A program made the position numbers and the translations under genes. 64,000 nucleotides of DNA from Eledone cirrhosa (lineage: Eukaryota): NCBI GenBank assembly GCA_964016885.1, contig OZ024763.1:30132001-30196000 (forward strand), written 5' to 3'. Of the stretch, positions 40,248-55,194 are shown in pieces (the stretch's first letter is position 1; every line of letters begins with the position of its first letter). The notes beneath the pieces were generated by a model. That model saw only the letters and a program-made list of their open reading frames with translations. It was not told where the DNA came from and made no database searches.

Positions 40248-40570
40248 ATAATTGTTTCTTATTTAGGCACAAGTCCAGCAATTTTGGGGAAGGTGGGGAA
40301 AGTCGATTAAATCGATCCCCAGTGTATTACTGGTACTTTATTTCATCGGCCCTGTAAGGAGGAAAGGCAAAGCTTTCAATGCGGTAGAGCATCAAACAAC
40401 ATGCTTTACAGCATAGAGTTACGGCCCTTCACGTTCTGAGTTAACTTCGCCTTTGATCCTTACGGGGTCGATAAAATAAAGTACCAGTAATGTACTGGGG
40501 TTGATTTAATCGACTCCCCCCCCCCCAAAAAAAAAAATTGCTGGCCTTGTGCCTATATAGGAAACCATTA
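40248..40570. mobile_element. Two diverged SINE A-related fragments in opposite orientation
   Basis: Longer subfamily with an extra GTCGATTAAATC insert; minus copy ~40248-40370, plus copy ~40385-40570. Confidence 0.7.
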
Positions 40571-40841
40571 TTATTATCACTTTTATTGTTGTTGTTGTTG
40601 TTGTTATTATTGTTGTTGTTGTTGCTGCTGCTGCTGTATTTTAACACCATACATCACAGTTTCTGTGGCAATATTTATGACAGTATGGGTGTGTGTGTAT
40701 ATATGTGTGTGTGTGTGTGTGGGCCTGTATGTGTATGTGAGCACACACATACATATATATGTGTGTGTGTGCCTGTGTATGTGTGTGTATGTATGTACAC
40801 ATATATACGTCTGTGTGTCTGAGCCAGTGTTTGTATGTGTG

Positions 40842-40874
<33 letters not shown>

Positions 40875-40965
40875 ACCAATATATGTGTGTTTGTGTGTGT
40901 GTGTGTGTGTGTTTGTTTCTATGCCTGTGTTTGTGTGTGTTTGTCTGTGTCAGTATCTGCACCTA

Positions 40966-40999
<34 letters not shown>

Positions 41000-41511
41000 T
41001 GCATCTGTGTATGGGTGTATATGTATGTATGTATGTGTGTTGGGTGCCATATGTGTTAAGAAAATGTGTATTGCATATGCAAGTGCACACAAGCATGAGC
41101 ATGAGAATGCAAGCATGCATGCATGAACGCATCTATGCATGCAAATGATTGGTGGTGGCGGCGGTGGTGGTGGAAGTCAAGGGGAGGTAAGTAGGGAAGA
41201 AGGGGAGGTAAACAAGTTCTCATATTATAAAGTGGGAGAAGAATGAAATAGGTTAATTAATGGAAATATGCTTTCTGTCAAACACACACATACATATGGA
41301 TGGATACACACACACATACATACATATATATATATATATAGATACATAGATACATAGATACACACACATACATATAAATAGATACACACACATACATATA
41401 GATGGATACACACATACATACATATATATATAGATAGATACACACACATACATATAAATAGATACACACACATACATATAAATAGATACACACACATACA
41501 TATAAATAGAT

Positions 41512-41544
<33 letters not shown>

Positions 41545-41579
41545 CATACACACGCACATACATATATATATATACAGAT

Positions 41580-41668
<89 letters not shown>

Positions 41669-42001
41669 TACAGATACACATACACTCTCTCACACACACT
41701 CATATACACACATACAGATACAGATACACACACACAGACACAGATACAGATACACAGATACAGATACACAAACACAGATATACACTCACACACACACAGT
41801 TATGCACTTTCGCATACACACAATTACACACTCATATTCACACACACACACATACACACCCACCCACACACACTTACATACATCAAAACCTGCAAAATGC
41901 ATTCACATATATACACACACAAACACATATATACATATATACATATATACATATATATAGAGAGATAGATAGATAGATATAAATATATGTAAAATAAATG
42001 T

Positions 42002-42076
<75 letters not shown>

Positions 42077-42084
42077 TTTATGTG

Positions 42085-42119
<35 letters not shown>

Positions 42120-42637
42120 ATTTGTGTGTGTATATATGTATATATGTATGTATGTATGTATATATGTATGTATATATCAGTAGCTGCCTATGTAAGGTAG
42201 TGTTTAAGTATTGCACATCATTATATGATGCATTAAATGGTACTTTACTCCAGGGACACCTGGTCTCTAGTATCAGCATCATCATCATCATCATCATCAC
42301 CACTACCATCTCCATCAACATCATCACCAGCAACAACAACAACATCAACAACAACAGCATCATTCCCATCACCACCACCATCATCATCCCCACCACATCA
42401 CCATCAACATCACCATTATTTTCATCATTGCCCCTACCCCGCCCGTCACCATCACCGTCATCATCATCATCACCACCACTCCCATCACCATCATCGCCGC
42501 CACCACCACCACCATCACCACCCCACCACCATCATCCCCCTCACCATCACCATCATCACCATCACCATAATCATAATCATCGCCATCATGTTTATAAAGA
42601 TAATTGTTTCTATTTTGGGCACAAAACAAGTAAACAA

Positions 42638-43866
42638 GGTTGGTGTACGGAAGGACATCCAACTGTAGAAACAAAAATCCCCAACAAAACAGAAGATGTG
42701 GGCATGATGTGGTCCCCTGACAACCTGTCAAACCCCCAACAAAACAGATGTGGGCATGATATGGTCCCCTGACAACCTGTCTAACTCCAGAGTTTGACAA
42801 CCAGTCAAACCCCCAACAAAACAGATGTGGGTATGATGTGGTCCCCTGACAACCTGTCTAACTCCAGTGTTTGACAACCTGTCTAACTTCAGAGTTTGAC
42901 AACCTGTCTAACTTCAGAGTTTGACAACCTGTCTAACTCCAGTGTTTGACAACCTGTCTAACTCCAGAGTTTGACAACCAGTCAAACCCCCAACAAAACA
43001 GATGTGGGTATGATATGGTCCCCTGACAACCTGTCTAACTCCAGAGTTTGACAACCAGTCAAACCCCCAACAAAACAGATGTGGGTATGATGTGGTCCCC
43101 TGACAACCTGTCTAACTCCAGTGTTTGACAACCTGTCTAACTTCAGAGTTTGACAACCTGTCTAACTTCAGAGTTTGACAACCTGTCTAACTCCAGTGTT
43201 TGACAACCTGTCTAACTCCAGAGTTTGACAACCAGTCAAACCCCCAACAAAACAGATGTGGGCATGATATGGTCCCCTGACAACCTGTCTAACTCCAGAG
43301 TTTGACAACCACTCAAACCCCCAACAAAACAGATGTGGGTATGATGTGGTCCCCTGACAACCTGTCTAACTCCAGTGTTTGACAACCTGTCTAACTTCAG
43401 AGTTTGACAACCTGTCTAACTTCAGAGTTTGACAACCAGTCTAACTCCAGAGTTTGACAACCAGTCAAACCCCCAACAAAACAGATGTGGGCATGATGTG
43501 GTCCCCTGACAACCTGTCTAACTCCAGAGTTTGACAACCAGTCAAACTTCAGAGTTTGACAATCTGTCTAACTTCAGTGTTTGACAACCTGTCTAACTCC
43601 AGTGTTTGACAACCAGTCAAACTTCAGAGTTTGACAACCAGTCTAACTTCAGTGTTTGACAACCTGTCTAAATCCAGTGTTTGACAACCTGTCTAACTTC
43701 AGAGTTTGACAACCTGTCTAACTTCAGTGTTTGACAACCTGTCTAACTCCAGTGTTTGACAACCTGTCTAACTTCAGAGTTTGACAACCTGTCAAACCCC
43801 CAACAAAACAGATGTGGGCATGATGTGGTCCCCTGATAACCCGTCTATGGAAAATAGACGTTAAAC
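42638..43866 (+). repeat. Two-module minisatellite (25-bp and ~52-bp units) inside an RTE-tail-like element
   Basis: TGACAACCTGTCTAACTCCAGAGTT and CAAACCCCCAACAAAACAGATGTGGG... units; flanked by GAAGGACATCCAACTGTAGAAAC and ATGGAAAATAGACGTTAAA. Confidence 0.85.
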
Positions 43867-43887
43867 TGTGGGTGTGATAAACACCTC

Positions 43888-43940
<53 letters not shown>

Positions 43941-45103
43941 AGAAAGGTGTGTATGTGTGTGAGGCATTCTGTGTGTCTGTGAGGATGTGAGAGAGAGGTT
44001 TGTATGTGTGTGAGTGAGATTGTGTATGTGTGAAAAGGTGAGTGTGTGTGTGTGTGTGTATCTGAGAAGATGTATATGTATATGTGAGGGTGTGTGTGAA
44101 TGAGTGTGTCTGTGTATATGTGAGAGAAGTTTGCGTGTGAGGTTGTGCATGTGTGAGGTGTGTGAGAAGGTGTATATGTGTATGTGAGGGTGTGTGTCTG
44201 AGAGGTGTATGTGAGTGTGTGTGTGTGAGCTTGTGTATATGTGAGGCGTGTGTGTATGTGAAGGTGTGTTTCTTGAGTCACTTGTATGTGAGAGTGTGTG
44301 ATAGATGTGTGTGTGTGAGGTGTGTGTGACATATGTGTGTGTGTGTGTGAGGTGTGTGTGTGTGCGTCTTTTGTGTTTTAAGAAACTGTGTATTGCTTAT
44401 GTCTGACATGTATCATAGAAAGTGGGGGGATCTAGCAGGGTGGTGTGGAAGGGGTTAAGGAAATTGGGAGGGGGTGAAGAGAGATTGATAGAGTGGGAAG
44501 GAGAGAGAGTAGGGATGGGGAGAGGGAGAGAGAGTAGGGATGGGGAGAGGGAGATAGAGTGAGATAGAGAGGGGGAAGGGGAGGGGGAGAGAGAGGGAAA
44601 GAAAGAGAGGGTGAGGCAAAGAGATAGGGGAAGAGGGGGAGAGAGATGGCGATGAAAGAGAGAGTGATATAACGAGGGAAAGTAAGAGAGGGAGAGAGAG
44701 GATGATGAAATAGAGAGACAGAGGGAGCAGGAGAGAGGGGGGAGTGAGAGAGAGAGTGATATAGAGAGGGAAAGTAAGAGGAGACAGAGGGAGAGTGAGA
44801 GACAGAGGGGGAGAGAGAGAAAGAGAGAGGTAGAGAGAGAAGGATGAAGGGGGGGTTAAATCCAGGGAGGAAGAGAATAATAATAATAACATTAATAATA
44901 ATAATATTAAAAAACCCAAGGTGTGTGTCATCCACAAACTATGGAAGGTTGTTTGGAATTACAGCTGGGAGGAGGGAACGGTGTGACGGGAGAAGGGGGT
45001 TCTTCTAAATACAGATTGGCTTTATGTCAAAGGGTGATTGGAAGATGGGGGGGGGGGGGCCTTGTTTCTTGGGTTTTTTTTTCTTACCTAACTAGCAACA
45101 ATA

Positions 45104-45518
45104 TGGTGGTGATGGTGATGGTGGTGGTGATGGTGGTGATGATGGTGGTGGTGGTGATGGTGGTGGTGGTGGTGGTGGTGATGGTGGTGGTGGTGATGGT
45201 GGTGATGGTGGTGGTGGTGGTGATGATGATGGTGGTGGTGGTGGTGATGGTGATGATGATGGTGGTGATGATGGTGGTGGTGGTGATGGTGGTGGTGGTG
45301 GTGGTGGTGGTGGTGGTGATGGTGGTGGTGGTGGTGGTGGTGATGGTGGTGGTGGTGGTGGTGGTGATGGTGGTGGTGGTGGTGGTGGTGATGGTGGTGG
45401 TGGTGGTGGTGATGATGATAATGATGATGGTGATGATGGTGATGGTGTTGGTGGTGATGGTGGTGGTGGTGGTGATGGTGATGATGGTGATGGTGGTGGT
45501 GACGATATGTTGATGTTG

Positions 45519-45549
<31 letters not shown>

Positions 45550-45600
45550 TGATGGCTATGACGTTATAATGATGACAATGATGACGATGATGATGATGAT
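45104..45600. repeat. (GGT/GAT)n microsatellite
   Basis: Directly visible. Confidence 0.95.
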
Positions 45601-45723
45601 AATTATAGAGGTACAGCCATGGATGGCGGCAGTAAAATTTGAAGGTGACTGATGTTGAACTGATATAAAACAAATATATATATATATATATATATGTACA
45701 TGTATATATATATATATATATGG

Positions 45724-45775
<52 letters not shown>

Positions 45776-45821
45776 CCATATATATATATATGGTTATATA
45801 TATATATATATATATATATGG

Positions 45822-45969
<148 letters not shown>

Positions 45970-46111
45970 TTATATATAATATACATATATATGTATATGT
46001 ATATATATATGTATATGTATATATATACGTATATATATATATGTATATATATATATGGTTATATATATATATATATGGTTATATATATATATATGTATGT
46101 ATATATATGGT

Positions 46112-46152
<41 letters not shown>

Positions 46153-46154
46153 GG

Positions 46155-46367
<213 letters not shown>

Positions 46368-46498
46368 AATATATATATATATATCTTTTCATCCAAGTGT
46401 GATCCTAATATAAAAGTGTAAATTTGCCTCCTGTGTTTTGTTTGTTTCATTTATTAACTAATATATATATACATATATATAAAATACATATACATACA

Positions 46499-46556
<58 letters not shown>

Positions 46557-46657
46557 TATATATATATATACATTTATATATATATATATACATATATTCA
46601 TTTATATATACATATATACATACATATATATACATATACATATATACATATATACAT

Positions 46658-46692
<35 letters not shown>

Positions 46693-46821
46693 CATAGGTG
46701 AGTGTGTGCGTATATGTATACATACATTCACACACACACATATATAGATCCACATCTATAATGAAAAAAAAAAAATACACCCATCGCTATAATTAAAGTA
46801 AACAAAACCATAATAAAACTC

Positions 46822-46854
<33 letters not shown>

Positions 46855-47259
46855 GTGATGACAAGAACCATTATATAACATATAAACAGCATTCCCACCT
46901 CACACTCCCACCCCACACACCTCCATATACAACTGCAGTTGATTAAAACGACCCCCTTGACCTCACTGGTACTTCTTCTATCCAGGGGACACACTGTTAT
47001 AAAACCAGCCCTAAATTCCCTCTATTCTTATTACAGTGGTTGGTGTTACTGTTGTTGTTATTGCTGTTGTTGTTATAGTTGTTGTTATAGTTGTTGTTTT
47101 ATGGTTTAACCCCTTTAATACCAACCCATTTAAAACAAACCCCTGATTCTATAATACAAACATGTATATTTTAAAGTGTCTATATTTATATTGCAAAAAT
47201 AAAACCTTCCAGATCGAACCAAAGAAACTATTAGAAAGTTCTGTACATTTTTTTAACAC

Positions 47260-47977
47260 TTTACCATTTACATTACTCTATATTTACTATTGTATTTTCA
47301 CAGTAAAGGCTTTACCTCACATAATATCTCACATAACATTTACATTACTCTATATATACTATTGTATTTACATAGTAAAGGCTTTACCTCACATAATATC
47401 TCATTACATTTACATTACTCTATATATACTATTGTATTTTCACAGTAAAGGCTTTACCTCACATAATATCTCACATAACATTTACATTACTCTATATATA
47501 CTATTGTATTTTCACAGTAAAGGCTTTACCTCACATAATATCTCATTACATTTACATTACTCTATATATACTATTGTATTTTCATGGTAAAGGCTTTACC
47601 TCACATAATATCTCACATAACATTTACATTACTCTATATATACTATTGTATTTTCACAGTAAAGGCTTTACCTCACATAATATCTCACATAACATTTACA
47701 TTACTCTATATATACTATTGTATTTTCATGGTAAAGGCTTTACCTCACATAATATCTCACATAACATTTACATTACTCTATATATACTATTGTATTTTCA
47801 CAGTAAAGGCTTTATCTCATATAATTATCTCACATAATATCAAATCTATGAGATTTGGATGTTATTTATTTTGAGAACAATACCTTAATATAAGTATGAG
47901 TAGCAGGATACGGCCGGTTTGAACACAAAGAGGTTAGAGAATTCTGGCCCGATACGGCTGGTTTAAGTGCTAAAGGG
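47260..47977 (+). repeat. ~70-bp tandem repeat (~8 copies) inside a copy of the piggyBac-like MITE
   Basis: Unit contains AAAGGCTTTACCTCACATAATATC as in 21592-21766; ends with TGCTAAAGGG. Confidence 0.8.
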
Positions 47978-48552
47978 CAACAATTTGAAGGGTGGAAGTC
48001 AATTAAATCAGCCCGAATGCATTACTGGTACTTTATTTTATCGACCCCAGGTATTGCTGGCACTCATTTTCAGCTGAGTGTAATAGTGCAACATGAAATG
48101 AAGGTTTTGCTCAAGAACACAACTCTCAACCCAGCCCAGGAATCAAACCCATTACATTATGATCGTAACTCAAACACCTTTACCACTAGGTCACATGCCT
48201 CCACTACTGTCAATAAAACTGAAAAAAATAACAGTTACCCCCAGCAAAGATTTGAACTTGGGCCAGACTGAGCCACCACAAATAGTTAACTGTTTAATCA
48301 CAGACAATGTTAACGCTTCTACCAATTCGTTATCTATAAAACTGAAGAAAACAGTTAAATTACCCCCCAACCAGCCAGCCAACCCACCACCCCATTTAAA
48401 AAATAGAACTGAAATAGCAGAACCATGCTGTGTGTGTTGGGAGGGGGGGCTAAGGAGGTTAGATTAAGGGGGGAAAAAAGCAAGCAAAAAAAATATATTA
48501 CTCTTTTACCTGTTTCAGCCATCCGGCTGAGGCCATGCTGGGGCACCGCCCT

Positions 48553-48604
<52 letters not shown>

Positions 48605-48725
48605 TACAAATATACAAATATAACATATTTATGTATATATATATCACTATGTATATGTATATATATATGTGTCTATGTATATATATATTTATATATATAT
48701 ATGTGTGTATATATATATTTATATT

Positions 48726-48770
<45 letters not shown>

Positions 48771-48869
48771 TTATGTATATATATATCACTATGTATATGT
48801 ATATATATATATATGTCTATGTATATATATATTTATATATATATATGTGTGTATATATATATTTATATT

Positions 48870-48914
<45 letters not shown>

Positions 48915-49013
48915 TTATGTATATATATATCACTATGTATATGTATATATATATATATGTCTATGTATATATATATTTATACATATATATGTGTGTATAT
49001 ATATATTTATATT

Positions 49014-49064
<51 letters not shown>

Positions 49065-49163
49065 TTATGTATATATATATCACTATGTATATGTATATAT
49101 ATATATATGTCTATGTATATATATATTTATATATATATATGTGTGTATATATATATTTATATT

Positions 49164-49208
<45 letters not shown>

Positions 49209-49307
49209 TTATGTATATATATATCACTATGTATATGTATATATATATATATGTCTATGTATATATATATTTATATATATATATGTGTGTATATATATAT
49301 TTATATT

Positions 49308-49352
<45 letters not shown>

Positions 49353-49433
49353 TTATGTATATATATATCACTATGTATATGTATATATATATATATGTCT
49401 ATGTATATATATATTTATATATATATATGTGTG

Positions 49434-49464
<31 letters not shown>

Positions 49465-49471
49465 ATATATA

Positions 49472-49502
<31 letters not shown>

Positions 49503-49645
49503 TTATGTATATATATATTTATTTATGTATATATCTATATATATATATATATATATGAAAAGTGTAATTTTCTACACAAACCTCAATTTTCTCTATATAT
49601 ATATATATATATTTATTTATTTATGTATATTTATTTATATATACA

Positions 49646-49836
49646 TCATCATCATCATCATCATCATCATCATTTTACGCCCGCTCTTCCCTGCTTGCAA
49701 GGGTGGGACGGGTCCTATTCAGCACAGCATCTCCCCACTTGTCACGGTCCCTCGTCATCTCCACCGTGAGCTTCAGCGATCTGAGGTCTGTTCTCACCCA
49801 CCTCCGCCCATGTTTTTCGTGGTCCACCTCTACCAC
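49646..49836 (-). mobile_element. RTE LINE 3' end fragment with (ATG)n tail
   Basis: GPRKTW...[19 protein letters not shown] resembles the C-terminus of the 10869-14114 ORF. Confidence 0.8.
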
Positions 49837-49903
49837 ATATATATGTGTATGTATGTATATATATATATATATATGTGTATGTATGTATATATGTATATAT
49901 ATA

Positions 49904-49935
<32 letters not shown>

Positions 49936-50986
49936 CACACATATATAAACGCTGATTACAACATAACTACTGAACTGTTATAGATTGTTGCAGACGGGGA
50001 GGGCAGGTTGGTATTTCTTATTAAACAGATATAGAGAGCCTATAAGACAGAAGAGATGGGGGGAGCGGGGGGGAGGAGGAGAAAGGGTGGTGGGGAGCAG
50101 GAGGAGGTGAGATTAGACCCCCCCCCCCCCCCCCGAGTTCAATACAAGTAAGGGTGGTGGGACATGGTTGGAAGGGAGATTAGACCACAGTTCAATACAA
50201 GGAAGGATGGATGGATTAGAGAAATTAAATAAATTTCATTATGTTGGCTGTCAGCAGAAAATGGTGGTGGTTGTGGTGGTGGTGGTGGTGGTGGTGGTGG
50301 TGGTGATGGGTGGTGGTGGTGGTGATGGTGGTGGTTGTGGTGGTGGTGGTGGGTGGTGGTGGTGGTGGTGGTGGTGGTGGTGGTGGTGGTGGTGGTGGTG
50401 GTGGTGGTGGTGGTGATGGTGGTGGTAGTAGGGGTTATGTTAGTGGTAGTGGTGGTTGTGGTAGTGGTGGTAGTGGTAGTGGTGGTGGTAGTAGAGGTGG
50501 TGGCAGTAGGGGTTATGTTAGTGGTCGTGGTGGTTGTGCTGGTGCTGGTGGTGGTGGTGGTGATGTGGTGGTTGTAGTAGAGGTGGTGGCAGTAGGGGTT
50601 ATGTTAGTGGTAGTGGTGGTTGTGGTAGTGGCGGTGGTGATGGTGGTGGTGGTTGTAGTAGAGGTGGTGGCAGTAGGGGTTATGTTAGTGGTAGTGGTGG
50701 TTGTGGTAGTGGTAGTGGTGGTGGTGGTGGTGATGGTGGTGGTTGTAGTAGAGGTGGTGGCAGTAGGGGTTATGTTAGTGGTAGTGGTGGTGGTGGTGGT
50801 GGTGATGGTGGTGGTTGTAGTAGAGGTGGTGGCAGTAGGGGTTATGTTAATCAATGAAAGAATAAGAAAACAACCTGATCAGGTAGTAAATAATAATACA
50901 GATATTGAACCCATGATGTTGTGGTCATAAGTCCAACACCCTTACCACTAGGCCACGTAGATAGACAGACATACAGACAGACAAAC

Positions 50987-51032
<46 letters not shown>

Positions 51033-51060
51033 CGACAGACAGACAGACAGCAAGATAGAT

Positions 51061-52667
51061 TTATTTCTTTATTAGCCACAGGGGCACAAAAGAAGGGGAC
51101 AAATACAAAGGGGGAAGTTTACATACAATAAAAACGTGTAAAATGTTATCACAAATGCAATTTAAAAAATTAGTCGATTTTCCCCAATAGGGGGAGACAG
51201 TTTATATGGGTGACACATACCCCCGAAAAAAAATGTGCAACCCTCATCTCCAGGAGTACGAAGAGTTTGTACTCCCTTCCTCTCCTCCTCCTTTTCCTCA
51301 ACCTACAGGCTGATATAGATAGATAGATAGATATATTTCTTTATTAGCCACAGGGGCACAAAAGAAGGGGACAAATACAAAGGGGGAAGTTTACATACAA
51401 TAAAAACGTGTAAAATGTTATCACAGATGGAATTTAAAAGTTAGTCGATTTTCCCCAATAGAGGGAGACAGTTTATATGGGTAACACAGACCCCCGAAAA
51501 AAAATGTGCAACCCTCATCTCCAGGAGTACGAAGAGTTTGTACTCCCTTCCTCTCCTCCTCCTTTTCCTCAACCTACAGGCTGATATAGATAGATAGATA
51601 GATAGATAGGTAGATAGATAAATAGGTAGATATATTTCTTTATTTGTCACAAGGGCACACAAGAAAAGGGGACCATACAAAGACATATGGCGGGGATTTC
51701 ACATACATCATCATCATCATCATCATCATCATTTCATTTTACGTCCGCTTTTCCCTGCTTGCAAGGGTGGGACGGGAACTGATGCTGGCTTGATTTCTAC
51801 AGCTGGATGCCCTTCCTAACACCAACCTCATTTACAGTGAGTGCTGGGTGCTTTTATGCCGTGGCACCTCCACGACCACTTTGCAGTGGAATGATATGGA
51901 CCCCAGTCTCTATCACCTCATTTCTACAGCTGAGTAAACTGGAGCAATGTGAAATAAAGTGTCTTGCTCAAGGAAACAACACATCACCCAGGCTGAGAAT
52001 TGAACTCACAACCTTTCGATTGCAAGGCCAATGCTCTGACCACTAAGCCATGTGCCTCCACAGTCGCGTAGAAAAAGTTTTAACATGAAAATATAACAAT
52101 CGAAATCCCCAATAGGGGGGAGGCATTACAAATGGGTTGTTTTATACCCCGTAGATAGAACAACCCTCAACTCCAGGAGCATGTTGTGCAAGTGCTCCTT
52201 TCTTCCTTTCGCTCTCTTCTTCAACCTACAGGTTTATATACAAAGAAGGCCCAATCACTTGGACCATTCTCGGATAGATAGATAGATAGATAGATAGATA
52301 TATTTCTTTATTTACCATAAAGGCATAAAAAGAAGGGACAAATACAAAGGGGGAGTTTACATACAATCGAGTAAAAAGGGTATAAAATGAAAATAATCGA
52401 AAATAACCTCAAAAGGGAGGGGACGTGATGGGGGTTGCACACACCCCCGAAAAATTGTGCAATCCTTTGCCCGGGGAGCACATGGAGAAGGTGCTCCCCT
52501 CTCCTTCACTTCTTTACCTACAGGATGGTATACAGAGAAGGCCCATTTACACGAGCCATTCTCGCCACTATCACCCACCTTTCATAAAACTGCCTGTGGC
52601 CAAGCACCTCTCTCTCCATTCTTATCCTTCTTCCGAAGTGATATCGGAAGAAGTAAACCAGACTACG

Positions 52668-52668
<1 letters not shown>
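51061..52668 (-). mobile_element. Four 5'-truncated Tx1/L1-like elements separated by (GATA)n
   Basis: Copies at ~51061-51313, 51334-51583, 51632-52274, 52300-52668; each ends AATAAAGAAAT or close; the longest encodes SLVYFFRYHFGRRIRMEREVLGHRQFYERW. Confidence 0.7.
51706..52061 (-). mobile_element. SINE family B nested in the third Tx1-like copy
   Basis: Close match to 15823-16168. Confidence 0.88.
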
Positions 52669-52704
<36 letters not shown>

Positions 52705-53280
52705 ATAGATCAATGTAATAATTTGTTTATTTTTTTAATTAAGTAATCTGGTGGCTTTAGCAGGTTGGTTACAGTACCGGGGCAGAAGAGCTAACACACG
52801 AAAACAACAAGAAAAATTTACAAAAAAACACATTCTCAGCTCCCCACCCTCACCTCCAGCCTTCCATGACTGTCACCACTCTCATTCCTCCACCATCACC
52901 ACTCTCATTCCTCCACCATCACCACTCACAGCCCCACCACACTCTCACCATCACCATCACCACTCTCAGCCCCACCACCACCACCACACTCTCACCATCA
53001 CCATCACCATCACCACTCTCACCATCTCACCATGACCCCCCCCCCCTCACCACTCACCGCCCCCCCCCCTCCCTCTCCCTACCACGACAAACACACGACC
53101 CTCACCCTCCAACACTATGACCATCACCCCCAACTGTAATAAATATGTCATGTAAGATTTTCTTTAAGAAAGAATGTGAGATTAGTGGAATGAAGGTTTT
53201 CTGTTTGGGTGGGGTGTTTTAGGGGGGGGGTATTATTTCTATGAGAATGGACTGTGAATCATCAGCATCATTATCTCTCT

Positions 53281-53362
<82 letters not shown>

Positions 53363-53683
53363 CGTATCGAGAGAGAGAAAAAAAGGGAGGATAGGTGATA
53401 CATGTAGTTATTTGCCAAATAGCGTATGCAGAAGGTGCTCAATACTAGTGCCAGCAGTATTAAATATTAGAAGTGTTAATATTTAGTGGGCGAGAGAGTT
53501 AGCAGAGCGTAAGTACATGGAAAAGTAAGAAATCGGAGAAGAGACCGTTAATACATGTTTATTTAAAACAGCTTGGGCTTCTCAAGGGCATAAATAAACA
53601 AAAGTGTTCCTTACATGGACTGGAAAGTGTTTTGGCGGGGGGTAAGTTCACGTCATAGTTCATTCGTCGCAAATATATATTAT

Positions 53684-53988
53684 ATCGAAAGGTTGTGAGT
53701 TCAATTCTCAGACTGGGTGATGTGTTGTTTCCTTGAGCAAGACACTTTATTTCACATTGCTCCAGTTTACTCAGCTGTAGAAATGAGATGATAGGGACTG
53801 GGGCCCCTATCATTCCACTGCAAAGTGGTCGTGGTGGCGCCACGGCAAAAAAGCACCCAGCACTCACTGTAGATGAGGTTGGTGTTAGGAAGGGCATCCA
53901 GCTGTAGAAATCAAGCCAGAATCAGTTCCCGTCCCACCCTTGCAAGCAGGGAAAAAGCGGACGTAAAAATGAAATGATGATGAAATGA
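53684..53988 (+). mobile_element. SINE family B, 5'-truncated
   Basis: Reverse complement of 15823-16130. Confidence 0.88.
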
Positions 53989-54014
53989 TATATATATATA
54001 TATATATATATATG

Positions 54015-54229
54015 GAAGACGATCGACTTTGTTGTCAAATCGGACCGAGGGAACAATGTTTCCGTTGGTCTTTCCAATTGCTAATACTATCTATCGGTCG
54101 CAACTCCAGGTAGAAGGAGCAACGTGAAATAAAGTGTCTTGCTCAAGGACATAACGCATCACCTGGTCCAAGAATCGAACTCACAACCTTACGATTGCGA
54201 ATACAATTCTCTAACCACTCAGCCACACG

Positions 54230-54230
<1 letters not shown>
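54015..54230 (-). mobile_element. tRNA/CORE-like SINE with a different 3' part
   Basis: Head TGGCTGAGTGG...GAGTTCGATTC and CCTTGAGCAAGACAC; 3' part also present at ~1185-1280. Confidence 0.65.
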
Positions 54231-54267
<37 letters not shown>

Positions 54268-54450
54268 AAAGAGTCAGGACCCCAACGGCTGAGCTCCGGC
54301 CGTTTCAACAGCTAGTTCTGAAATAGCTGTTGAAATGGCCAGAGCTCTGCCGTCGGGGTCGTGACTCTTTCCCTATTTCCCACTCTACTACCCAGTATCG
54401 AGTAATCTGGTGCATTATGGTCCACCTGGTTTCTTACCACACTTCCTTTG

Positions 54451-54489
<39 letters not shown>

Positions 54490-54716
54490 TATATATAATA
54501 ATAATAATAATAATAGTAATAATAATAAATGTGAAGACTAAAATCCAAAGAGGGCTCGATAAGGATAAATATATATCAAACATATAAGAACCCTAGAGCA
54601 AATATTTATTAAAATAACAGATTAAAGTTTAAGCAAAGAATCGCTGCTTTCACCCTTCACGGGATCTTCTGTTAAGGGTGAAAGCAGCGATTCTTTGCTT
54701 AAACTTTAATCTATTA

Positions 54717-54748
<32 letters not shown>

Positions 54749-54920
54749 CGATATTAAACAAATGGAAACTATATTTATAAAACCATATTTATTTCGTTAT
54801 ATATATTTCTGGGATATCATATTAAAAATATGTTATGCCTACTCCAGAAACTGTTGAGTGCTTTTATATCAGTTATAAAATATTTACTCGTTGTAACCCA
54901 ACAATCTTAAATAAAACTTT

Positions 54921-54955
<35 letters not shown>

Positions 54956-55194
54956 CGGAGGAGGTGTAGTAAGGAACCAGATGGACCATAACGCATCAGA
55001 GTACTCGATAGTTAGGGTAGTAGAGTGGGTAATATATATACATGTGTGTGTGTGTTTGTGTGTGTGTATATACACATGTGTGTGTGGGTGTGTGTGTATG
55101 TGTGTGGGTGTGTGAACGTTAATTGAAACAAAGAAAACAACACAGTTCAATGGAGAAATATATTAGTTTAACGCTTGATACAGTAGGAAAAGAG

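Noticed and set aside
50428-50850. Telomere-like repeats (AGGGGTTATGTTAG)
   Set aside because: Isolated motifs within a GGT minisatellite, not tandem TTAGGG.
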